A DNA stretch of 64,000 nucleotides from NCBI GenBank assembly GCA_038087875.1, contig CM075999.1, forward strand, positions 3,350,001 through 3,414,000, written 5' to 3'. This DNA comes from Malacoraja senta. Lineage: Eukaryota. Positions 40,571 through 53,000 of this stretch are shown here, one piece after another (position 1 is the first letter of the stretch; every line of letters starts with the position of its first letter). The position numbers were made by a program, and so were the translations under genes. Under the pieces are notes generated by a model, which was not told the origin of the DNA, ran no database searches, and saw only the letters and a list, made by a program, of their open reading frames with translations.

Positions 40571-41564
40571 GTCATCTGTCTATTCCCTCCACAAATCTGC
40601 TCAGTTCCTCCAGCACTTTTGCTTTCCACCTCCACTATTAAATTGCCTTAAGTATCCAATAACTCGAAAAATGCAATGAAAAATGAACGAATAATTCTGT
40701 AAACGAAACAACATATTAAAAATACAACAAGCTGTAGGCACATTTTCACCAGTAATACCATGACTCTCATCTCTTGCGCAGTTCCAAGATGTACTTTCTT
40801 CATCCGGAAAATTGTCACTATTTTAATTAAATTCCTAAATACTACGAGCTTTCCTGTTGCCTTTGTTGCCGAAAGCTTTTGTTGGAAGTCAGCAGAAAGA
40901 CTGTTGATGAATACAATCAAGCTGTCACGGTCTACAGATACATGATGAATGGAAGAATGTTTAGTGCAAGATAAAGTCCAGTAAAGTCCAATCAAGGATA
41001 GTCCGAGGGTCACCAATGAGGTAGACAGTGGTTCAGCACTGCTCTCTAGTTGTGGTAGGATGGTTCAGTTGCTTGATAACAGAAACTGTCCCTGATTCTG
41101 GAGGTGTGTGTTTTCACACTTCGGTACCTCTTGCCCGATGGGAGAGGGGAGGAGAGGGGGGGAGAGGGAGTGGCCGGGGTGAAAATTAGTGTAAATTGAA
41201 TTATTTTACAAAGGCAGATGGTATTTATTTTGCAAGCTTAATGTTAGTTATATAATTGCGATCTTCCCTGAGTGTTCTGTCAGCACCAGTGGATGGGTTG
41301 TTGTGTTAAATATGCATCTTTCAAAGATTACATAACGGCACTGAAACATTCGCATTTGAAGCGAGATGAGTGATCAATATTCTCACTTGTTGACTCAAGC
41401 TGAAGAAGAAAAGGTCACCCTAGCCCTGCTGCGTGTTGCCTCGCATATTGATCATATATTTCTCTTCAGCTTTCTGCACAGCTCTGACCATGCACTGGAG
41501 ACCCATAGGGAGGGAGGTTTATGGCCGACACTGGCGTGGTTCACGTCGGGGATGCTAGGCATGC

Positions 41565-42033
41565 GTCACACACTCACACTCACATGCGCACACACACACA
41601 CGCCACAGGGACACACACGTGCTCACACACATACACACACACTGCACCACAGGGACACACACACACACACACACCACACCACACACACACACTCTTGCAC
41701 ACACACACACACACACTCACACTCACACAACACACACTCTTGCACACACACACACACACACATTGCACCACAGGGACACTCACACACACACACACACACA
41801 CAACACACACACACTCTTGCACACACACATACACACACACACACACACACATGCTCACACTCACACACACATGCTCACACACACTCATGCACACACACAC
41901 TCACACACAGCACCACAGGGACACACACATGCTCACACTCACACACACATGCGCTCACACTCACACACACGTGCTCACACTCACACACACACACACACTC
42001 ACACATACAGAACCACACACGCATACACACTCA
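41565..42033. repeat. (CA)n-rich tract with recurring CACCACAGGGACAC and CTCTTGCAC motifs
   Basis: Direct inspection. Confidence 0.95.
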
Positions 42034-44149
42034 CATTGAAAATGACACCAGTAATAATATCACAGCCAAGATCCATTCCTGTGTCTGGCTAAATCATTAG
42101 TGTGCTTGATCAATAATACTGATCAAACAACTCTGCAGTTAAATCATGTTTTCGGAGGCAGTTTTTTTCATCAGCAGGATTTGTGACTGACCCGTCATCA
42201 TTTGGCTGGGAAGGAACTGCATTTCAATAGCTCCTTGCTCGTCCCACCCAGGGCAGAGAGTCATCCAGTAAGTCGGCACAGAAACAGGCCCTTCGGCCCA
42301 TCACCAACAAGATGCCTCTTTTAAACCAGTCCCATCTGCCTGCATTTGGCCCCTAAACCTTTCCCCATCTATGTACCTGTGTAGGAAGGAACTGCAGCTG
42401 CCGGTTTAAATCGAAGGTGGACTCAAAATGCTGGAGCAACTCAGCGTGACAGGCAGCATCTCTGGAGAGGGTGAGGTTTCGGGTCGAGACCCTTCTTCAG
42501 ACAACAATCGTTCCAGAAACAGAGACACAAATGCTGGAGTAACTGAAGGGTCAGAGTAAAGACACCCTTGCATCCCCTCTCTCTCTCTCCATCCCACCCC
42601 CACCCTAGTCATCGTACTAGTTTCACTGTCGTCCTGTTGAGTTTCATTGTTTGTATCCATTCGTTATCACCTTCTCCACAGCCAACAATGGACCATTGTG
42701 GGCTCCACCTTTCTTTGAATCATCGTTGCTGGCATTGATTTGTCCTTTTGCATACCTTTTATTCGTTTGTTCTTTGTACCTCTACATATCTCAGTGCCTC
42801 CCTCTCCCCTGACTCTCGGCCTGGTCTCAACCCAAAACGTCACCCATTCCTTTGTTCCAGAGATGCCGCCTGACCCGCTTAGTTACTCCAGCACTTTGTG
42901 TCTTTTTTTCTGCAAGCCAGGACCTGCAGTTCCTTTTCATCGTTTGCATCATCCGTCCTTTTTCCCCCAGAGATGCTGGCTAACCCACCCAGTTAGTCCA
43001 GCACTTTGTGTCTTTTTTTTCTGTAAGCCAGCACTTGCAGTTCCTTGTTCATAGATTTGCACAAACCATGGTTAAAGACAGATGAGGCAAACACAGGCTT
43101 GATCATAAGTGATAGTAGAATTAGGCCATTCGGCCCATCAAGTCTACTGCATCATTCAATCATGGCTGATCTATCTCGCCCTCCTAACCCCATTCTCCTG
43201 CCTTCTCCCCATTAACCCCTGACACACGTACTAATCAATCATCTATCTATCTCCGCCTTAAATATATCCACTGACTTGGCCTCCACAGCTGTCTGTGGCA
43301 AAGAATTACACAGATTCACCACCCTCTTTCTCCTCATCTCTTTCTGAAAAGAAAGTCCTTTAATTCTGAGACTATGACCTCTAGTCCTAGACACTCCCAC
43401 TAGTGGAAACATCCTCTCCACATCCACTCTATCCAGGCCTTTCACTATTCTGTAAGTTTCAATGAGGTTCCCCCTCATCCTTCTAAACTCCAGCGAGTAC
43501 AGGCCCAGTGCTGCCAAACGCTCATCATATGTTAACCCACTAATTCCTGGGGTCATTTTTACTGTACAATATGACAGAACTTTATTTATCCCAGGAGGGA
43601 AATTGATCTGCCAACAGTCATGAAAAACACAAAATACATGAAACATGAAATTAAAGTGTCGAGTGGAAAGGCTTGGGGGATGTGCAAAGATTATAGAGGG
43701 GGGAGGAGGGGTGGGGGGGCAGTCTCAGTGTACCCCACGACAGAAGGAGGTTTACAAACCTCCTCTAGCTTGATGCATTGGATAAGATTCTGCCCCCTCC
43801 ACCTCCCCCACCCCCCGTAGTGTGCTGGGCATTTTGCCATTTTGATTTAGCTCTGAGGGCTAACGGAGTCAGGGGATATGGGGAGAAGGCAGGAACGGGG
43901 TACTGATTGGGGATGATCACATTGATCACATTGAATGGCGGTGCTGGCTCGAAGGGCCGAATGGCCTCTTCCTGCACCTATTGTCTGTGTTTCCACGTTT
44001 CTAATGTGGAGGAAGGGATTGCTGCAGTGCGCTCGTTTGCAGGCAGATCACCCCTCGCCCACGCTCTGCCTCGGCACTTCTTACAAACAGGGCGGGAACG
44101 CCGGCTTGATTGTGTTTGTTTTATGAATGAAGAAGGCGTGCACGCGGTG

Positions 44150-44305
44150 CGCGCTCCCGGGGTTGGATGGGGAGGGGGAGGGGGAGGGGCGGTGAGTCAG
44201 GGGCTGATGTACAAAAGCGGTGAGCAGAGCGCGGTGCACACACACAGAGAGGGACAGAGAGCTGGCAGTCCATGCAGAGCCAGCAAACCAACGCTCTACA
44301 CACAG
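44150..44305 (+). promoter_or_regulatory. Putative GPR3 promoter and short 5' exon
   Basis: Unique CpG-rich island among repeats: GC box GGGGCGG 44186-44192, AP-1 site TGAGTCA 44193-44199, TATA-like TACAAAA 44210-44216, donor CAG|GTAGGT at 44305/44306. A matching acceptor TGTGTTGCAG|G lies at 46223/46224, 13 nt before the GPR3 ATG. Confidence 0.6.
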
Positions 44306-44394
44306 GTAGGTCGACGCTCAGATTACTGACTGCAACGCGAATTGGTTGCAAAACAGATGATTGTGTCTCTGTAAATGTGCCAGCGTTACATCTA

Positions 44395-44411
44395 GAGTGA
44401 GTGAGAGAGAG

Positions 44412-44442
<31 letters not shown>

Positions 44443-44603
44443 GTGAGACAGAGACAGAGAGAAACACACAGAGAGGGACAGTGAGAGAGACAGAGAGAGA
44501 GACAGAGAGAGAGACAGAGAATCAGAGAGAGAAGCAGAGAGATAGACATAGAGAGAGACATAGAGACAGAGAGAGAGAGAGACATTGAGAGAGAGAGAGA
44601 GAG
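44395..44603. repeat. (GA)n/(GACA) polypurine tract at the start of the putative GPR3 intron
   Basis: Direct inspection. Confidence 0.95.
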
Positions 44604-46236
44604 TGAATGTGTAGGAAGGAACTGCAGGTGCTGGTTTACACCGAAGATAGACACAAAATGCCGGAGTAACTCCGCGGGACGGGCAGCATCTCTGGAGAGA
44701 AGGAACGGGTGACGTTTCGGGTCGAGACCCTTCTTCAGCCAGAGTCAGGGGAGAGGGAGACGCAGGGATATGGAAGGGTAAGGTGTGAAAATGACAGATC
44801 AAAGCAGACGTTAGTCAAGGAAAATGTAGGATGGTTCATTGAGGTGAAGGTGACAAGGAGGCTACAACCAGTAAAACGAACCAGGAGGACCGTGAAACTA
44901 GTTTGAATGAATGAGTTCATTCTGGATGATGTATTTCCAATAGTAAACAGATGCCAAGCAGAGCAGAGGCTGGGCAACGATGGCAATAATCGTGGAGCCT
45001 CTGCTAAATAGATAAACTGTTTCTAATGGAATTAGGAGCAGTTTTTAAATCCGATTCAGAGGCATGTATAACTGGGGAGATTTCTAAACGGATTTTTATA
45101 CAATTCGGGGAAGTGTTTAAATCTCGATTCGGAGACGTTGCAAATCTGGGCAAAATGTAAACTGGTTTTGTGCAGTTCCGGGCAGTTTTTTTAAATGTGA
45201 TTCGGAGATGTTTGTAAAATATTACCTGGACTTGCATGCATCTCCCAGCTGTTACTGAACCTGATTCCGAGACTTTGCCAGAAGAAGGGTCTCGACCCGA
45301 AACGTCACCTATTCCTTCGCTCCATAGATGCTGCCTGTCCCGCTGAGTTTCTCCAACATTTTTGTCTACCTTTGTTAGTATATAATTCAGGGCACGTTTT
45401 ATACACGATTCAATGTCTGTGCAGAATGTAAACGGTTTTATATGACGTGGGGGCGGCGGGGGTTTAAACCCAGTGCGGCGGATTTAAAGATACTGCTTTA
45501 CACCTTGAGATAGACACATAGTGCTGGAGTAACTCAGCGGGTCAGGCAGCATCTGTGGTGAACATGGATAGGTGACGTTTCGGGTCGAGAAGAAGGGTCT
45601 CGACGCGAAACATCGCCCATTCTTTCTCTCCAGAGATGCTGCCTGTCCCGCTGAGTTACTCCAGCATTTCGTGTCTCTTTAGAGGATGTACAACCGCTGA
45701 GAGTTTTTAAAAGGTAGACAAAAGTGCCGGAGAAACTCAGCGGGTGCAGCAGCATCTATGGAGCGAAGGAAATAGGCAACGTTTCGGGCCGAAACCCTTC
45801 TTCAGACTGATAGGGGGTGGGGAGAAGAAAGGAAAAAAGGAAAAAAGGCGGAGGGCTGGGGGAGGGGAGGAGACAACCAGAGGGCTGATGAAGGGGAGGG
45901 GACAGCAAGGGCTAGCAGAGTTGGGAGAATTCAATGTTCAAGCTCCCAGGATGTAGACTGCCCAAGCGGAATATGAGGTGCATTTCCTCCAATTTTTGGA
46001 GAGTTTTTAAAAGCTGTTCAGGGGATTTGCAACCTGTTTTGATACACCATGGGACGTTAGTAAGTTGAGCGTGGGAAGGAACTGCAGATGCTGGTTTCAA
46101 CCTAAGATAGACACAAAGTGCTGGAGTAACTCAGCGGGACAGGCAGCATCTGTGGAGGTGGCGTTTCGGGTCGAGACCGTTTTGCCTGCAGTTAGTAACC
46201 AAGCCGCTGTTGGTGTGTTGCAGGTTGCGCCCGAGG

Positions 46237-47219
46237 ATGAACGAGAACATGCCCAAGAACTCGAGCGAGGACGAGCCGAGCTGGTTTTCCTCCAGGGCAG
46301 ACGGCACCGCGTTGGACCTGTCGGCGGCCCCGCCAGCGGCCCTCAGTCCATGGGACGTGGCTCTGTGTGTGTCCGGGACCATCATCTCCTGCGAGAACGC
46401 CATCGTGGTGGCTCTGATCTGCTACACGCCCGCCCTCCGGACACCCATGTTCCTCCTGATCGCCAGCCTGGCTACGGCCGACCTGCTGGCCGGTCTGGGG
46501 CTGATCCTACACTTCGTGTTCCTGTACTGCCTGCGCTCACAGTTGGTCAGCCTAGTGACGGTGGGTCTACTGGTGGCTTCCTTCTCCGCCTCAGTCTGCA
46601 GTCTGCTGGCCATCACTGTGGACCGCTACCTCTCCCTCTACAACGCTCTCACCTACTACTCGGAAAGGACGGTTACCAAGGACGTATCTGATGCTGTTCC
46701 TCATCTGGGGCGTCTCCATCAGCCTGGGTCTCTTGCCCGTGTTGGGGTTGGAACTGTGTGGGAGACCCCTCGACCTGTGGCGTGGTCAGACCCTTGACCA
46801 AGAACAACCTCATCATCCTGTCCGTCTCCTTCTTCATGGTGTTCGGCATGATGCTACAACTGTACATGCAGATATGCAGGATAGTATGCAGGCATGCCCA
46901 CCAGATCGCCCTGCAGCGACACTTCCTCGCCACCTCCAACTATGTCACCACTGGCAAAGGCATCTCCACGCTGGCCCTCATCCTGGGCGCCTTTGCCGTG
47001 TGTTGGCTGCCCTTCGCCATCTACTGCCTGATGGGAGACCACAGCTACCCCAAGGTCTACACCTACCTCACCTTCCTGCCCGCCATCAACAACTCGATGA
47101 TCAACCCTATCATCTATGCCTATCGCAACCAGGACATCCAGAAGGTGCTATGGACCGTGTGTTGCACTTGCTTCTCTTCCAAGCTGCCATTCCGATCCAG
47201 GTCGCCCAGTGATGTCTGA
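46237..47219 (+). CDS. GPR3: GPR3-type class A orphan GPCR (GPR3/6/12 family), ~326 aa after removing two single-base insertions
   Basis: Three overlapping ORFs (46210, 46691, 46758) join into one 7TM protein: PWDVALCVSGTIISCENAIVV, LATADLLAGLG, AITVDRYLSLYNALTYYSERTVT(RTY), CWLPFAIY, NSMINPIIY, C-terminal RSRSPSDV. YNALTYYSE.TVTRTY and ICRIVCRHA fit GPR3 better than GPR6/12, and the neighbour is WASF2. ATG 46237 has A at -3; TGA at 47217-47219. Extra bases at 46678-79 and 46744-49. Confidence 0.9.
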
Positions 47220-47695
47220 CACTCACTCCCGGGATGGCCAGACTGGCTCCAGTGGTCTCCACTCCCCCCTCCCCTCCTCTCTCCCCTCTCCAAGTGTCAG
47301 GGGTTATGGGGAGAAGGCAGGAGAATGGCGTTGAGGGGGAGAGATACATCAGCCATGATGGAATGGCAGAATGGACTTGATGGGCCGAATGCCCTAGTTC
47401 TGCTCCTAGAACGTGTGAACCTTGCACTAAAACCAACCTGACATTGGGGAGTGTGGATGGAGAAGGGGGTTGGCTCGACACTGGGCCAAACAGCAACAAG
47501 CAGACACACCGGGAGTGCAATGCAAAGACTTGCGCACTGTACTGAATTTGCACATGTGTTTTAAAGACAAACTGTATGACATGTACCAGGCACTTTGAAC
47601 TCAGCCCTTAAACTGCACAACGGAGTTTATTAAAAATAATACTTGTTTGTGAATTATATTTTGAGATTTCAGATGTATTCTTGTTTACAACCATA

Positions 47696-47701
47696 AATAA
47701 A
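47696..47701 (+). terminator. Candidate GPR3 polyadenylation signal AATAAA
   Basis: AATAAA in AT-rich unique sequence ~480 nt after the stop; a second one at ~47779. Confidence 0.5.
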
Positions 47702-49716
47702 AAGTCCTAATTTGTGATATAAACCCGGTGCTTTCCTCTATAACACCAGACTGTGCCAGATATTTGATTACATGCTTGAATAAACGGGTTAGTCTGATAA
47801 ACTGAAACGAGATTGTAAATTACGAGTGTATTATTCCCCGCGATTCAAATCACGTAATGTAGTTAGTTCAAATGTGTAGGAAGGAACTGCAGATGCTGGT
47901 TTAAACTGAAGTTAGACACAAGATGCTGGAGTAACTCAGGGTCTCGACCCGAAACGTCACCCATTCCTCCTCTCCAGAGATGCTGCCTGTCCCGCTGAGT
48001 TACTCCAGCTTTCTGTGTCCATGTAGAATACATCGCATTTATTTATCAATGGGAAAACGCGTAGGCGGTGGGAATAGAATCCAGCGAATCGCTGCATCAA
48101 CGCTCAGGTTAAAGTGCAAAAATGGCAGATTTTCTGGGCTGTCGTTGATTTCGAGTGGAGCAATGCTACAAATCCTGTGACACTGCGTGTGGAAGCCAGC
48201 ACCTCCTTTGGTCAAGGTCTCCCACCCTGGGAAGGAGTGGACATGGCTCGCTCTCCCCACACAATTAGCAGCCCCCTAATTGAACAAAGATCGGTTGTAC
48301 GTGATTCACGAGCGCCGACTTTCCCTGTAACCCCCCCCCCCCCCCCTGCCTTGTCCACGGCGGGCACAAATAACATTCTGCAGCAAAATCAAAAAATTCG
48401 GTGCCAATTTACATTCTTGGCTGATTTATTTTTTAAAATTATTGGATTAAGGCGATCGTTTGGGTGCTGGGGGTCCCGCCCAGATGTGGCCACAGTGTCT
48501 GTGTCAATGTGGAGGAAGGAACTGCAGATGCAGGTTTACGCCGAAGATAGACACAGAGTGCTGGAGTAACTCAGCGGGTCAGGCAGCATCTGTGGAGAAA
48601 AGGAATGGGTGATCCCCCCTCCCCTGACAATATATTTTTCAAAAGTCACCCTGCTCCTCTCCCCCCCCCCCACCCCCACCCCCCACATCTCTCTTTACCC
48701 CCTCACGACCCAGTTAAGTTGAAGTAAGAATGTTATTTATCCTAGACGGTGCTTAAAGAAGATTTCCAATTCGAAAGTCATCGATTCCTTTTCTCCAGAG
48801 ATGCTGCCTGACCCGTTGAGTTACTCCAGCACTTTGTCCATCCTCGGTGTCAAGATCAAGAGATCCAGTAAACCAGCATCTGCAGTTCCTTCCTGCACCC
48901 ACTAATTAAACAGTTAACTCATGATATTCCTCACTCCAGCTTTTCATTTCACTCCTGTTCTCTTATTTTGATTTCTACCCCCCCCCCCACCCTGCCCCCC
49001 CCTCCTCTGTATTCTCATCTCCCATCCCTGAGTTCCCCATTTTCTTTTTATCCCCCCACATCCCACCCACACCCCTCCCTCCGGCTTTACATTCCACTCC
49101 TCCTGTCCTGATCTCCTTTTGTCTCCTCTTCATCTCCAGCCTTTGCCACTTACTCCACCCATCTGACAATCACCCCCCCCCCCCTCCCTGCCCTCACCTG
49201 TATCCACCTATCACTTGCCAAGCTTTGCCCCACCCCCACCGATTTGCCCCAACATAATCAAGGACCACTCACACCCTCTTATCCCCCTCTCCCATCCGTC
49301 AGAAGACACGGAAACCTGAAAGCACGTCCACCAGTTTGAGGAATGGCTTCTTCCCCGCTGTTAACACACCTCCGAATGGGCTTCCCATAAGCTAAGGATG
49401 AATTTCCTGATCTTCCAATCTACCCCATAGAAACAAGGAACTGCAGATGCTGGTTTGCACAAAGGGACACAAACTGCTGGAGTAAATCAGCACTTGTTCT
49501 ATCCATGTTCTCCTGAGATGCTGCTTGACCCACTGCATCATTACTTCAGTAATACCTGGAGTATTACTCCAGCATTTTGGTCCTTACTTCCAATCTACTT
49601 AATTGCGGCCCTTGCACTTCCTTTAAAACCTGCACTCTCTCTGCAGCTAGAGTCACAGTCATACAGCGTGGAAACAGGCCCTTTGGCCCAACTTGCACCA
49701 ACCAGCATGTCCCATC

Positions 49717-50070
49717 GGGACGACAGATGGCGCAATGGGCTAAGTGTTCGGCTGGCAACCGGAAGGTAGCCGGTTCGAATCCCGCTTGGAGTGCATACTG
49801 TCGTTGTGTCCTTGGGCAAGACACTTCACCCACCTTTGCCTGCGTGTGAATGTGTGTGAATGTGTGTGAGTGATTGGTGGTGGTCGGAGGGGCCGTAGGC
49901 GCAGATTAGCAGCCACGCTTCCGTCAGTCTGCCCCAGGGCAGCTGTGGCTACAGAAGTAGCTCACCACCACCGAGTGTGACTGAGGAGTGAATGAATAAT
50001 GCGATGTAAAGCGCCTTGAGTATTAGAAAGGCGCTATATAAATCCCATCCATTATTATTATTATTATTAT
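49717..50070 (+). mobile_element. Full-length tRNA-derived SINE with L2-type tail, unrelated to the dominant SINE
   Basis: A box TGGCGCAATGG, B box GGTTCGAATCC 49772-49782, GTGTCCTTGGGCAAGACACTT core, tail TGTAAAGCGCCTTGAG...GAAAGGCGCTATATAAAT plus (ATT)n; it splits an older CR1 tail at CCCATC|TACAC. Confidence 0.85.
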
Positions 50071-53000
50071 CTACACTAATCTCACATGCCCATATCCTCC
50101 TAAACCTGTCCTATCCATGCACCTGTCCAAATGTTTCTTAAACATTGCAAGTCTCTGCCTCCTCTGGCAGATGGTTCCATACACCCACTACAAGGTTGTA
50201 ATCACTGATTATACATTATTATATGGTATATAATTTATACTGATTTGTAAAAATCTCATAATCATATTGACTTTATTGTAGATCCATTTCAAATTCTGTA
50301 GCTGGCTTATTGAGTTTTTATTGAAAGAAATTTTGATTCACCATGTCAAAGTCAAAGGACGCAAAGGATTGCAGAAGAACTGCAAGCTGGTTTAAAGTTG
50401 ACCGGCTAAACGAAATAGTAAATACTGCTGCACCAAAAGCTCATGAGGCCATGAATGTTGAGCTGCGAGAAATATTTATGTACGATTCTGAAACTGTCTG
50501 TACAGTCGTGATGCAAAGGTTGCTGGAGAAAGGGCAAATGGAAAGAAGTGGGATGATAATTGGAAGCTTGACTTTTTGAAGAGGCGTTTGGTGAGTAAAT
50601 CGCATTTGGATGCTGCACAAAAACAATGACAAAACCCGTCATTACCTGTGACTGGAGTAGTGGAGATGACAGAAGCCTCCTCGTGGCGATCCCTGGAAGC
50701 GACGGCGCGATGAACTCTGTGACGCGTCGGGCGACAATTCTGTCAACATGTTGGACGATGACAGAAGCCGACAGCGAGCTACATCGTCTGACACACGAGC
50801 GAACGAACTGGAGTAGTTTAAGCTTCAAAGTATAGGATAAAATCTTAACTGAATACATCACTTCATAAATTGCATTCATATTTCTACAAATATGATATTT
50901 GTATTGTATTAAAACATGGCAATACAGTTTTATTAGCCATGAGAGAGAGGCCATGGCAAAAATATCTTGAAACAATTTCAGGTTTATATCTGCACAAGAA
51001 TTCAGTGCACACACACATTTGTAACTGCATAAAAAATTGCACAATGCCAGATTTCTGCCCACACGAACTACTAAAAATTAGAGGGAACATTTCCGCCCAC
51101 CACCCTTTGTGTGAAAAGGTTACCCCTCACATTCCTATTAAATCTCTCCCCCCTCACCTGAAACTGATGTCGCCTGGTTCGCGAGCTGTAACATTATATT
51201 CTACACTTGGTTTATTTTCTCTTTTGCTTGACCCATGTATAGTCTCATCTGACCGGATACCATGGAAAATAAAGTTTTCACTGTATCATCGGCAACTGAA
51301 CCATCCTACCACAACCAGAGAGCTGTGCTGAACTACTATCTACCTCATTGGTGACCTCAGACTATCTTTGATTGGACTTTGCTGGCTTTACCTTGCACTA
51401 AACGTTATTCCCTTACCATGTATCTGTAAATGGCTCGATTGTAAAGGGTTTGGAAACGTTAGAGGCAGGAAGCATGTTCCCGATGTTGGGGGAGTCCAGA
51501 ACCAGGGGCCACAGTTTAAGAATAAGGAATAAGCCATATAGAACGGAGACGAGGAAACACTTTTTCTCACAGAGAGTGGTGAGTGTGGAATTCTCTGCCT
51601 CAGAGGGCGGTGGAGGCAGGTTCTCTGGATGCTTTCAAGAGAGAGCTAGATAGGGCTCTTAAAAATAGCGGAGTCAGGGGATATGGGGAGAAGGCAGGAA
51701 CGGGGTACTGATTGGGGATGATCAGCCATGATCACATTGAATGGCGGTGCTGGCTCGAAGGGCCGAATGGCCTACTCCTGCACCTATTGTCTATTGTCTA
51801 TAGCAATCATGTGTTGTCTTTCCGCTGACTGGATAGCACGCAACAAAAGTTTTTCACTGTACCTTGGTTCCTCTTATCGAGTCCACATCACAAGATTAGA
51901 AATTGTTCAGCCAGAGCTGAACACACTTCTCGGCATCTGCATACAAGGGCGTCTTGTCGCTTCTTGTGCGTGGTGGTGGAAAGATTGGTGGAAGCAGAGC
52001 CGCGACGTGAACGCTCTTTCCTCGACCACCGTACCTCGGTACACGTGACAATAAACCGAACTGTAAACGTGGCGAACCAAGGTGGCGCTCCAGACCAGAC
52101 GACTCTTTTCCCGCGGGTCCCGGAGGTGGATCTGGGATCGCTCCGCACTTTAATTCCCATATCATGTATCTGTACACTGTCGACGGCTCGATTGTAATCG
52201 TGTGTAGTCTTTCCGCCGGCTGGTTAGCACGCAACAAAAAAGGTTTGCACTGAACCTCGGTACACGTGACAATAAAGTCAACTAAAAACCAATATCAAAA
52301 AAGGAACATATGGATTTAAGATTTTCAAGTGTTTACTCCAAGAAGTAGAACAAACTCTGGTTAATTTTACATCAAAAGTTTCCATTTTCAACATTTAGTG
52401 TCATTGTTATTTGACAGGTTGCCGAGTGATTCTGTTATACTGCAGCATACTGCCACCCTGAGGCACGATACAATATCACATCCTTGCACAGCCTCAAAAA
52501 GGCTGGCAGTATCATCAAGGACCCACACCATCCTGGCCACACACTCATCTCCCTGCTACCTTCAGGTAGAAGGTACAGGAGCCTGAAGACTGCAACGTCC
52601 AGGTTCAGGAATAGCCACTTCCCCACAGCCATCAGGCTATTAAACTCAACTCTGAACATTAATAGCCCATTATCAGTTATTTGCACTTTATCTATTTATT
52701 CATGTATATATTTATACAATGGTATATGGGCACACTGATCTGTTTTGTAGTCAATGCCTACTATGTTCTGTTGTGCTGAAGCAAAGCAAGGATTTCATTG
52801 TCCTATCAGGGACACATGACAATAAACTCTCTTGAATCTTGAAACACAGCATCCGAATATATAGAACAGCACAGCACAGGAATAGGCCCTTCGACCCACA
52901 ATGTCTATGCTGTACATGATGCCAAGTTAAACACGACCCTTGTCCCTCCATTCCCTGCATATCCATGTGCCTATCCAAAAGCCTCTCAAACATCATTATT

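Noticed and set aside
41278..41298. Second RE1 site (TCAGCACCAGTGGATGG)
   Set aside because: Only the left half-site matches.
49717..49795. tRNA gene
   Set aside because: The tRNA-like head continues into a SINE body and L2 tail; the same applies to the V-SINE heads.
50406..51062. 218-aa minus-strand ORF
   Set aside because: No recognisable domain or coding-like composition; more likely UTR or intergenic sequence.
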